Below, in pieces: positions 1-11,073 of a DNA stretch of 45,512 nucleotides. Position numbers and translations under genes: made by a program. This DNA is from Octopus bimaculoides (lineage: Eukaryota): assembly GCF_001194135.2 (NCBI RefSeq), contig NC_068985.1:62728889-62774400 (forward strand). Reading direction: 5' to 3'. The notes beneath the pieces were generated by a model that saw only the letters and a program-made list of their open reading frames with translations, was not told where the DNA came from and did not search any database. The first letter of the stretch is position 1, and the number at the start of each line of letters is the position of its first letter.

Positions 1-62
<62 letters not shown>

Positions 63-125
63 AACGTGTACATATATACAAATATACACGTATAGATATA
101 TACATGAATACATATACACGTGTAT

Positions 126-290
126 CGTCGCCATCGTTTAACATCCGCTTTCCATGCTAGCATGGGTTGGACGATTTGACTGAGGACTGGTGAAACCGGA
201 TGGCAACACCAGGCTCCAATCTAAATTTGGCAGAGTTTCTACAGCTGGATGCCCTTCCTAACGCCAACCACTCAGAGAGTGTATGTATGC
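126..290 (-). mobile_element. RTE LINE 3' end (5'-truncated copy)
   Basis: catcgtttaacatccgctttccatgctagcatgggttggacg... is the reverse complement of the tail that follows the RTE ORF at 39083-39700. Nearly identical to the copy at 2882-3050. Confidence 0.8.
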
Positions 291-557
291 ATATATACAT
301 TCATATATACAGATATGTCTATATATGCTCATATTTATACATATGTACACATATTTATATATACACACATATATATGTATGTACATATATATACATATGT
401 AAAAAATTCCAAAGTTTATTTAATCTGCTTTGCGGGAAGGACCGTCCCAATGAAGTTGCGCATTTACCTTGCCTTCGAAACACGGAGTAGATGGAACAGG
501 GACAACTGACGAAGGGATATCCTCTTCATGTTGCATGTCTCGTTTGTCTGTTATTTT

Positions 558-1400
558 CGTTGTTGAAAACCAGGAATCAAAGAGCCTTAAAGTTAACCTA
601 GCTAAGACCAAAGTTGTTAATAAGAAGATAAAACTCTCTTTCCATCAGGTAAATGGCCCTGCTCAATAATTTGGAAGAAAATCCATTCACTGCACCCAGT
701 GTAAACTATCAACACAGAAGAAGTGCAGTGGAATCACCGGCAAAATAACAGATAAAGTCGTCTTCATATGTGACAGATGTGTGGGGACCAATAAGCACTA
801 AGAGCACACGGGACTTAGAATCTCTCAAATGCCTAGGAGGCTCTCTTGAGGTTGTAGATAGTTTCTATTACCGAGATGACCAAATCAGCAATGGTGGAGG
901 AAGTTCAGAGAGCTATTACCTCTGTTGGCAACAAAAGGACTCTCTCTCTCTGAGTGAAAGGTAGACTACATGATGCTTGTGTGTGAACAGCTATACTCCA
1001 TGGTAGTGAGACATGGGCTCTGAATGCACAAACTGGAGAGAAATGAAGGTAGTATGCTCTGTTGGATGTGCAACATCAGTGCACGTGTACAGCAAAGTGG
1101 AAATGCATTGAGAAAAGTTGGGCATAAGAGGAATCAAATGAAGCATACAAGAGAGAAGATGACATAGTTTTGGACATGTGAGGCATATGAATGAGGGCAG
1201 CCGCATAAAGATGTGCCGGTCACAGAAAGTAGACAGTACTCCTGGAAGAGGGAGACCCAGGAAGACGTGGGATGAAGTTGTAAGGACCAATCTCAATATG
1301 TTGGGCCTCGTGGGAGGAAATAACAATGGACCGAGACGTCTGGTGATATGAAGTTCTAGAAATGACCTGCCCACATCAGTGAAACTGAGTTCTAGAAGCG
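558..1400 (+). mobile_element. Decayed RTE-clade LINE, C-terminal RT region
   Basis: Fragments LKVNLAKTKV, GGSLEVVDSFYY and GRGRPRKTWDEVVR, homologous to the RTE copies at 21.7 kb and 39.7 kb; frameshifts and stops. Confidence 0.85.
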
Positions 1401-2619
1401 CTGTGTCCCACCCACACGTAAGAAAACTTCTCACACTACCACAACAAACCAAACTACATCTCTGCTTTGCTTCAAGTTTCCGCTTCATGCACTATGCTTA
1501 CCTCCCACTCCCCAATCCTGTTCTCTTGGTCCTGTGCTACTGTATCACTGCTCTCCGTTAGCCCCCGACCTGTGTGTTCCACTCACACACCCTATCTCAC
1601 TGTATTATTGGTATCTGCTTGTGCCTGACCTGTGTGTTTCATCTACATGTAACAAGAAAACTTTTCACTCACCGTACTGCAACAAACCAATCTATTTCTC
1701 CACATCTCTTCCTCACATTTCCTCTTTCATACACTATGCATAGCTCTCACACCCCAGTCCTGTCATCATGGCCCTGTTCCTCTGTATCATTGCTATCTGG
1801 CAGCCTCCACTTCCCAACTCAATATATACCCAGGTTTTCATCCCCGCCTCCACTCATTGATCATACTTCATTCGCAATATCTTGCCACCTTTATTATGGC
1901 ATTATTATCTCGGTGGATAATAAAAATTCTAGATAATTCCATGTTATGCTTAATCTAAGCTGAAATACTTTACATCGCCATAAATAATTACTTACTCATT
2001 AAGTTAAACACTATAAAAGGAATTAATCTTACTATATAATTAATAGCTGAAATATTTGAATATCTTTCTAAATTTATAGCAACATCTTAAAGATCGGTGC
2101 CCAGCAAAATTCAATAAAGTCAATTATAAAATATAATTCTTTGAGGAAAGCTTACAAGTTGAATTGCCAATAATGAATAAATAGGTATTTGGTTTCTTTT
2201 CTGTAATTTTTATTTTTTAATCATCCAGTAGAAGGGTTTATTATATTAAGTAAATAGGTAATTAAATATTTTGACAAAGTATCCAAGTTTCTATTAAACA
2301 TTACATAGTATTATTATCAGTAGTTTTTATTCTTTAGTAATCTATTAAGCATAACATGGAATTCTTGTCTGCAGATTTTACTCCTTAGATGTCCAGTGAC
2401 TTCATCTACATTTGTTGATGAAGTTACTCATTTTTTAGGTTGTCTTAGGGTTTTTTTTTTCTATGCAGATTTCAAATTGTCAAAAAGTATGGAATTAGTA
2501 TGGTATTTTGTTAGTGTTTTTTAACAGCTGAATGATTTTCACAATGTTCACTTACATTTTCACTAATTTGGATTACCTTGATAATGTTGTGTTAACAAAT
2601 TTTCGTACACAATATTATG

Positions 2620-3172
2620 TATATATCATCATTTAATGCCCATTGTCCATGCTGGCATGTGTCAGATGGTTTGATTGGGCTGGCACACTGCACCAAACTC
2701 CTATCTGATTTAGCATGGATTTCTGCATCTGGATGCCCTTCCTAATGCCAACCACTCCAAGTGTGTAATGGGTGCTCTTACGTGACATCATGATGCGTTT
2801 GTGTGCCACCAACATGGGTGCCAACTTGTGTGATACTGGTATCTGCCATGACTGCAATTTTGCTCAAATTGATATATGAATATCATCATCATCGTTTAAC
2901 GTCCGCTTTCCATGCTAGCATGGGTTGGACGATTTGACTGAGGACTGGTGAAACCGGATGGCAACACCAGGCTCCAATCTAATTTGGCAGTGTTTCTACA
3001 GCTGGATGCCCTTCCTAACGCCAACCACTAAGAGAGTGTAGTGGGTGCTTTTACGTGTCACCCGCACAAAAACGGCCACGCTCAAAATGGTGTCTTTTAT
3101 GTGCCACCCGCACAAGAGCCAGTCCAGGGGCACTGACAACGATCTCGCTCGAAAACCCTACAAAATGCACTT
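2620..3172 (-). mobile_element. Two tandem RTE 3'-end copies (one old, one young), running into the N gap
   Basis: Same catcatcgtttaacgtccgc / ctggatgcccttcctaacgccaacc tail motif at 2620-2865 and 2882-3172. Confidence 0.75.
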
Positions 3173-3960
3173 NNNNNNNNNNNNNNNNNNNNNNNNNNNN
3201 NNNNNNNNNNNNNNNNNNNNNNNNNNNNNNNNNNNNNNNNNNNNNNNNNNNNNNNNNNNNNNNNNNNNNNNNNNNNNNNNNNNNNNNNNNNNNNNNNNNN
3301 NNNNNNNNNNNNNNNNNNNNNNNNNNNNNNNNNNNNNNNNNNNNNNNNNNNNNNNNNNNNNNNNNNNNNNNNNNNNNNNNNNNNNNNNNNNNNNNNNNNN
3401 NNNNNNNNNNNNNNNNNNNNNNNNNNNNNNNNNNNNNNNNNNNNNNNNNNNNNNNNNNNNNNNNNNNNNNNNNNNNNNNNNNNNNNNNNNNNNNNNNNNN
3501 NNNNNNNNNNNNNNNNNNNNNNNNNNNNNNNNNNNNNNNNNNNNNNNNNNNNNNNNNNNNNNNNNNNNNNNNNNNNNNNNNNNNNNNNNNNNNNNNNNNN
3601 NNNNNNNNNNNNNNNNNNNNNNNNNNNNNNNNNNNNNNNNNNNNNNNNNNNNNNNNNNNNNNNNNNNNNNNNNNNNNNNNNNNNNNNNNNNNNNNNNNNN
3701 NNNNNNNNNNNNNNNNNNNNNNNNNNNNNNNNNNNNNNNNNNNNNNNNNNNNNNNNNNNNNNNNNNNNNNNNNNNNNNNNNNNNNNNNNNNNNNNNNNNN
3801 NNNNNNNNNNNNNNNNNNNNNNNNNNNNNNNNNNNNNNNNNNNNNNNNNNNNNNNNNNNNNNNNNNNNNNNNNNNNNNNNNNNNNNNNNNNNNNNNNNNN
3901 NNNNNNNNNNNNNNNNNNNNNNNNNNNNNNNNNNNNNNNNNNNNNNNNNNNNNNNNNNNN
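3173..3960. other. Assembly gap (788 N); further gaps at 18692-18790, 24920-24931, 29401-29531, 38073-38134 and 44959-44968
   Basis: Directly visible. Confidence 1.
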
Positions 3961-4561
3961 TTTCGAAAATTTATTGGGAAATCAATGACAGAAACCTTGG
4001 AATTAAGTTTTTGCATAATAAAAATATAATGAAAAAGAAGAAAGATATGAAAAGAAAATTGGTTTCAATCTTGTGCAAAAGTCATGATTTGAAATGAAAA
4101 ATATTGATGCTGAATGTGGAAGATCTGCAGAGAAATTAGATAGAGCACAAGTTTAGAGACTGGTTGTGCATAGAAAGCATTAACCAATACATGTGAAGAA
4201 GAACTATGATGGAGTAGACATACATGGGTGAAAGTGTTATGCTGCTAGAAATCACAACAAATAAAAACATGAGAAAAAGCAACATAATCAGATCTCAGGC
4301 TTCACAAATTACTATCATCATCATTATAATAATATCCACTTTTCCATGGTTGCACGGATCAGATGTAAATTTTTTTTTAGCTGGATGCCTTTTCCTGTCA
4401 CCAACCCTCACCTATTTTCAAGCAAGGTACTATTTTCACATATAAAAGTTGATTGCTAACATATGATACTGTTTGTATGATAGTGACACTTGTTTACAAC
4501 TATCAGATAAATACATACATATATTCAACAGTTGTATTTTATTTCCATTTAATAGATCAAT

Positions 4562-4680
4562 TCACAAGGTTTTTGTTAGCCCAAGCTTATATTAAAAAAA
4601 GAAACACTCGTTCAAGGTGGGCAGTGGAGCCAAACCTCTTTACCACTGAGCCATGCCCACTCATGGCTGTGTGGTTTCAT
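4562..4680 (-). mobile_element. Degenerate tRNA-derived SINE head
   Basis: Reverse-complement similarity to the SINE at 10250-10595. Confidence 0.45.
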
Positions 4681-4890
4681 TGATAATTGCAGTTTAGCAT
4701 CATAATCACACTTTGAGATGTACAAATCCACTGACTGACGACTATTCAACTAATTTTTATGCAAGACATACAAACCCAAGATTACTTAATTATTCAGATG
4801 TCATAAAATTATCTCCTCTCATGATTGACAGCATTTAATAAAATGAGAATATCTTAAGTTATCTATAGAAAAAAAAAAAAAAAAAATTAC

Positions 4891-4953
4891 CTTCCTTTCT
4901 TTTCTTTCTTCTTTCGTTTCAATCCTAGTTGGTGGAGGTGTGTCTTTAGGATC
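4891..4953 (-). CDS. SNRNP70: U1-70K second coding exon (63 nt, 21 codons)
   Basis: TTTACAG acceptor, then DPKDTPPPTRIETKEERKERK (human [21 protein letters not shown]), then AAG|GTAATT donor. Phase 0-0, joining in frame to the 14099-13956 exon. Confidence 0.95.
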
Positions 4954-5219
4954 CTGTAAACAAAGGCAGAAACATTTAATTGAAATTTTCCATTGCAAGA
5001 CAGTTCTTTCACTATTCCACTTCATGTCTATATGTGATCTTCAATCCTACCCATTTAACAACTTTTGCTGTCCTGAATACACAATTCTTACAGAAACTTG
5101 TAATTATGCTGATTTCATTTAAAACTAACTACCAACTTGATTATAATCAACATGCACTGAAACTATCTTCTACAACTCACCTTTCCAAAACCAAATCTTC
5201 ACCCTGTCCCCTGAAGCTA

Positions 5220-6035
5220 TGAGGGTTAGCTGAAAAGTTCATAGGCTGATCAAAATACTCTTATGAAATGTAATCAAATGAAGTTTATTTTTTCCACAGT
5301 ACCCCCTTGTTGCAAGGATTGTATCCAATTGAAGAAGCATTCATCCTGTTGGTCACAAAAGTCATCAACAGCAGATGTCATCACGGTGATACTGGTTCCC
5401 AGCAAAGTGGTTTTTCATGTTGAGAAACAGATAATAGTTAACTAGGGCCAAATCAAGAGAACAGGGAGGTTGAAATCAAAGAATAGGAATCAACCAGTTT
5501 AAAGCCAGTCACACACAACAGCCATTGAAAGCAAGGACCTTCTGTTCCTAGGTGCTTGTCCCGATAGCAAATTGGCATAGTACTATCCACTGATGGTGTG
5601 GCCCTTTTGAAGATAGTCAATTAGCACAATGCTTTTTGTATCTCAAAAAAACTGAGACCATTACCTTCCCTGTAGATGAAAGGACCATGGCCTTCTCTGG
5701 AGTAGGCAAGGAGGGGACTTTCCACTGTATGTATTGTCTGCTTTGTCTCTGACTCAGTGATGAAGTCAACACTCATATTGGCTTAGGGAAGACCAGCTGG
5801 AACTGCCTGAAACAATGCCAGATTTTCTTGTGATGTGATCGGCCTGGTGTGGTTTTGATTAGGTGTCAGAAGACATGGCACTCACTGAGCAGAAATGTTA
5901 GTCATGCCAAGTTCATTGTGCAGAATATTCTTCACTCTCTCACAGGATACACTAATAGTATTGGCTATTTGATTTATAGTCAATTGCCTGTCATTCATCA
6001 CCACGTGGTGAACACGATCAATGTTTTTCTCGATG
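5220..6035 (-). mobile_element. Mariner transposon, 3' part with one TIR
   Basis: TA followed by the TIR gagggttagctgaaaagttcataggctga at 5220. Minus-strand translation DDRQLTINQIANTISVSCERVKNILHNELGMTNISAQ*VPCLLT is the mariner HTH/WVPRLL region; pseudogenised. Confidence 0.85.
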
Positions 6036-6483
6036 GAGGAAAATGAAGCTGTCCTCAAAGAGACAATGATACTGCCATTTTAATCTCAAGAAGACTTCTC
6101 CTCCAGCTGGTTTATTCAGTGTGCTTCTCACACGATATTTATTGTAAGCAGGAGATAACTTCTGCCACCCTGGCATCAAGACTACCAGACCAAGTAGTTC
6201 TTCTTTCCCACTTACTAAAACTTTTAGTTGTTGGCTAAGTTTATCTTGAGTCTTTTTGATTCTAGATTTAGCTTCCATGTCTATAATTTCTTCTGTAGCT
6301 CCTACTACAAATTCAGATATGAGAACTAGATCAACACATGGGAGTTGCTATGACCTACATGGCTTGTATAGCCCCCATTTGTTAACATCTAGTTTCCTGT
6401 GATGAATATGAATGCATGAACACATATCACCCAAAAATTTCAAACAGGACAAACGCTAAACCCACCCAAAACAAAATGTTTAA

Positions 6484-7505
6484 CCCCTTGGTTATCTGAT
6501 TCCTCTACGAAACTGCTAAAAAGAAAATAAATCATAATATTAAATTTTAAAACCTTTCCTGCATTCATTCAAGCAAAAATACCATGAAATTTTGGAGACT
6601 TTTTTTTTCAACGTTTGATGAAAAGTGTATATCTTAGTTTTTAACAATATGGCATCAGCAAGTAGCGATTCCGACTTTGAAGGTTTTACTCTTGATGATG
6701 TACAAAATATAGATGAAAACAACAGTGATTTGTCTTTAGACGAATCTGATATTGAAAAGATTATAGCAATATGGTTGAAGATTACGTCAACCAGTTACCA
6801 ATTTCACAGAAAAGACTATTCCACAACACAGCCTACCTCGCAATGCTCAATCATTGGACTATTAATTTTTACCGAAAAGTATTTTGCAAACTATTGTGGA
6901 AGAAACAAATAAATATGCTGAATGCATAATTTCTATTTGTGGAAGTCCTGCTCCACTATAGCAGCTAGCTGATACTGTGGAAATACGAGCTTTTTTTCTT
7001 TTTATGATAAACATTATGTTTGGTATCAAGCAGCTTCCTCGACTGTGGAAATACTGGAGTCCTGATATAAGGTATGGTGATCCATATATCTCCAGTATCA
7101 TGTCTAACTATAGTTAATTCATATATTGTTTATGCAAAAAGCCACAAGGTACCTTCGCCACCAAAGGGCTACGACCATTTGAAATCGCATCTTAGTTACA
7201 CGAGGGCTTTTCTTCCAGAAAAGCAAAATTAACTGAGATGGATGTCAGAGAAAATACTGACTTCAATCAGTTGAAAAACTGCGAAAGGATATCAGGTCAA
7301 TACCCCATGTGTGTATGTTTTGTAAAGTGCCCTTATGTACAGGGTACTTTGGACAGCTTCACGATAGATATATAGCATAACTATATTGTTGCTTGATAGT
7401 AATACTATTATATATTTCTTTCATTTTATAAGTAATATGTGAAAGTGAGAAATACATATTAATTTTCAGTATGTTACACACCTGTATTCACCTTTGTCTC
7501 GCCTG
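6484..7505 (+). mobile_element. piggyBac transposon, internally deleted
   Basis: TTAA|CCCC start (TTAA at 6480-6483); acidic N-terminus MASASSDSDFEGF...; FLPKSILQTIVEETNKYA and MFGIKQLPRLWKYWSPD...YISSIMS motifs; Cys-rich C-terminal remnant ~7230-7370. The right end (TTAA at 7506-7509) is uncertain. Confidence 0.8.
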
Positions 7506-7699
7506 TTAATGAGCTTTTTTCATTAGATGCATTCTGTTATGTAAATGTATTTCATTAAATTGTGTAAGAGTACATAGCCAATGGTATATTGACTAGTAAA
7601 AGAGTTTTGTACTTTATTTTCAATGAAAATGTTTGAATGTAATCATCCCAATTGTAAGAGCCTCACAAAATGTCAGCAGCTGTTGTGGTTCCATATATA

Positions 7700-9650
7700 C
7701 AGTGGTATCTTGACTTATGAGTTTAATTCGTTGTGACGGAGCTTGTAACTCAAATTGCTCATATGCCAAATCAAATTTCCCCATTGAAATGAAACGAAAT
7801 GCCATTAATCTGTTCTGAGCCTCCCCCAATAAACATCGCAATTTTTCGTTATGCATTTTTAAATAAGAAAAATGTACTTGTAAACAACGAATGTTGTATA
7901 AGAGAACAATGCAATAGAAGGTACTGCAATAAACTGGTTTTATTATGTATAATGTACAACATTTACCTTGAAGATCAGACAACTTAAGAATGACGGTGGA
8001 GGTGGAGGAGAAAGGCTGAACTGAATAACAATCTTTTTCGCTGATTTTTGGCCTTTTTGCCACGCTTTCCTCTACAGAAATTTGATAAAAACCTGTCCAA
8101 TAAGGTCTGTTTCATCTTCACTTTCAGTGTTTCTGAAATGAGTTAGGCAAGTGTCATTAAATAGCGCTGTCACACACTCACTTGCAACTTTTCCTGGGTG
8201 TTTCTTTTTGAATAAAGTCTGAAAATTTCTCCAACATTTCCCTTAATGCACTTGTAGAGATAACTTCCTCCATCTTCTCTACCTCACCTATTTCTTGCAA
8301 AACCTCCATTAGCTCTTCTGTTGTCAGTTTCTGAGTGCAGCTCATCAATGTCACCTTCATCCACATCCAGGCCCATGGACTTGCCAAGGGAAGCAATCTT
8401 GTCCATCACTGCTACTTTGAGTCTTTCAAAGTCCGTTTCAGACACAACCTCAGGCCGCAGCTTCTTCCATGCAGAGGTCAAGGTCCTCTCTGTAACACCC
8501 TGCCAGGCCATATATCAATAATTTTGAGGCATATCATGATGTTACAGTGGTCCTTCCAGAACTCTCAAAAGGTGAGGTTTGTGCTCTCCGTCACCTCAAA
8601 GCAGCAACAGAACAGCTGCTTGGTGAAGAGCTTCTTGAAATTAGAAATCTCCCGCTGGTCCATGGGCTACAGGATAGGGATGGTGATGGGTAGAAGGTAG
8701 AGAACCTTTATAAACTTGAACTCTTCGAGTTTAGGTGGGGGAGCAGGTGCATTATCCAGGATGAAGCTTGCAGGACTAGGTTATTTTCTTGGAGATATTT
8801 CTTAATGCCAGGACCAAAGACCAAATTTACCCACTCCACAAAGAAATTCCTGGTGAGCCACGCCCTTGGATTTGCCCTCCACATAACCTGCAGTTTTTCT
8901 TTCAGAATCTCATGTGATTTAAAGGCTCTGGGGTTTTCCAAACAATAAACAAGCAGCAGCTTAATCTTGCAGTCGCTGCTTGCATCCTCTTCTCCTCTGC
9001 TGCTATATAACTCCTCCTTGGACTGTCTCATCACAATTGAAGACTTGTTGCGGGGGTATGTATCCTTCGGCTGCTATAATTCCAGCAAAAGTTTTAAGGT
9101 AATGCTCAGCTGCCTCCATATCGGCTCTCACTGCATCACAAGGGGGTGAATGCCGGTCCTCTTTTTAGAATTCTCAAACCTTGAGCCTTCTCGTAGATTA
9201 TAGCCTCCGTCATAGTATCTTCTCCATATTCTCATGGATAGATGTCTGCTGTTTAGAAATTATTTTAATGCCCTTGGTTGACACCTTCTGCTTCAGTATA
9301 GTGCAGATCGTAGTAGTGCTACGCTCATACTGCTTCGCCATGTCAACTACACGCACACCCTGGTCATATTTTTTCAATAATTTCTTTAATGCAATGCACA
9401 TCATCCATTTCTTCTCACCACTGTCCTTCGCACTCACTTTCTTCGGACCCATGGTTGGAAAGATGAAATTTTGCAAAATAACTGTAAGCACAACACTGAT
9501 GCTTCTGTAACCTGCAATGACTAAGTAAGCATTTTACCACCCGTCTAGCTAACGATCCACTAACGATCATTGCACTTGCTAACACATATCTGTCTAGCTA
9601 TCGAGTGAGACACGGGATGCTGGGCGGATGTTACAGCATTCGCTATACCA
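7700..9650 (-). mobile_element. Tigger/pogo-family DNA transposon (CENP-B HTH + DDE_1 transposase pseudogene)
   Basis: TA|CAGTGGTATCTTGACTTATGAG terminal repeat at 7700; ORF pieces MGPKKVSAKDS...VVDMAKQYERSTTTICTILKQK (HTH), QQVFNCDET and LVYCLENPRAFK...WRANPRAWLTRNFFVEW (DDE_1). The second TIR was not found. Confidence 0.9.
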
Positions 9651-9792
9651 ACTAGCAGTGGGGTATCTGAAGCTGTCTTTTTCACATTGCCTACATGGAT
9701 GAACACATATGGAGGAATAGGTTGAGCAATTGTCAACACATATACACAAATCTTATACAGCCCATTTTTTGCTTTACTTATAATGCATAGAC

Positions 9793-9975
9793 ATGGATGT
9801 GTGGTTAAGAAACCAAGTATTTCTAGATTCAACCACACTGCACAGCATAGGGGACGTCTACTATAGCACTGGGCTGAACAAAATCTTGGGATTTGGTAGA
9901 TGAAAAGTCAAAAGCTCTGTGTCTGCATGCACAGATCTGGTTGTGCCTTCTTGTATGGTAGTTTGTAAATAAGTG
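9793..9975 (+). mobile_element. Partial tRNA-derived SINE
   Basis: gtggttaagaa...cttctactatagc...gatttggtagatgaaa, similar to 10250-10595. Confidence 0.55.
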
Positions 9976-10249
9976 TTACATCATAAAAATAATCTGGTCA
10001 TGGATAAATACTATCTTAAAAACAAATGAGGTTTAGTGAAAGGATGAGAATACAGCAGTAGAAAATCTGCCTCCGTGAATTTCATATTTTTGTAACTACC
10101 CACAACCCAGAGATATGGAATTTTAAAATCTTTCACATTAGATGAGCTAGCAGTGTCATTAACATGCAGAGTGTGAAAGTATCGCAGCATTTTGTCTCTA
10201 TATTCGGAGTTCAAATTCCTCCATGGTCGTCTTTGTCTTTTATCTTTTA

Positions 10250-10595
10250 GGCAGTAAGAAGCTTGCTTCTCACAAGGCTCCAGGTTCAGACCCACTGTGT
10301 AGCACCTTGGGCAAGTGTCTTCTACTATAGCCTCGGGCTGATGAAAGTTTTGAGAATGGATTTGGTAGACGGAAACTGAAAGAAGCCCGCTGTATATACA
10401 TACATATATGTTTGTGTATGTCCTCCACCATCGCTTGACAACTTATGTTGGTGTGTTTACGTCCCTGTGACTTAGCGGTTTGGCGAAAGTGACCAACAGA
10501 ATAAGTACTAGGCTTACAAAAAATGGTTGATTTGCTCGACTAAAGGCGGTGCTCCAGCATGGCCGCAGTCAAATGACTGAAACAAGTAAAAGAAT
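10250..10595 (+). mobile_element. Near full-length tRNA-derived SINE (octopus-type)
   Basis: tRNA-like head with B-box-like ggttcagaccc, body cttgggcaagtgtcttctactatagcc, internal (TA/TG) microsatellite, tail ...gactgaaacaagtaaaaga. Multiple relatives in the window. Confidence 0.85.
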
Positions 10596-10714
10596 ATCTG
10601 CACCATCTTTTTTTTTACACACAGTATAGCTGATAGTCTTCAGAAGACCAACACTTAAGTTCACTATGTACTTTGCCCATTCTCATTCAAAACAGTGAAT
10701 TATTTCACATAGAT

Positions 10715-11073
10715 ACAGGCATGACTGTTAAAAAGCTAACTTTGCAGCCACGTGGTTTTGGGTTCAGTCTCACTGTAGAGCATCTTCAGAAAGTGTCATC
10801 TACTGTAGCCCTGTGTTGACCAATTGCTTGTGAGTGAATTCTGTAGAATGTAAATTGCACAGAAACCTATCATATATGAATATGTAGTGTGTTCCGCCAC
10901 TATTGCTTGAACACCGGTGTAATATCCCTGTAACTTAACGGTTTGGCAAAAGAGTTCAACAGAATAACTATTAGACTTAAAAACAAGAAAACAGTACTGG
11001 GTCGATTCGTTCAACTAAACCATTCAAGGTAGTGCTCCAGTACAGCTGCAGTCCAATGACAAACAATAGAAGA
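10715..11073 (+). mobile_element. Older copy of the same SINE
   Basis: Colinear similarity to 10250-10595 with many CpG>TpG changes. Confidence 0.7.

Noticed and set aside
2540-2580. Minus-strand donor AAAAT|GTAAGT as a possible end of the next SNRNP70 exon
   Set aside because: The upstream sequence does not encode the expected RRE...EQ...W segment.
3045-4097. Three 320-350 aa ORFs in the track
   Set aside because: They are artefacts of translating through the 788-N gap.
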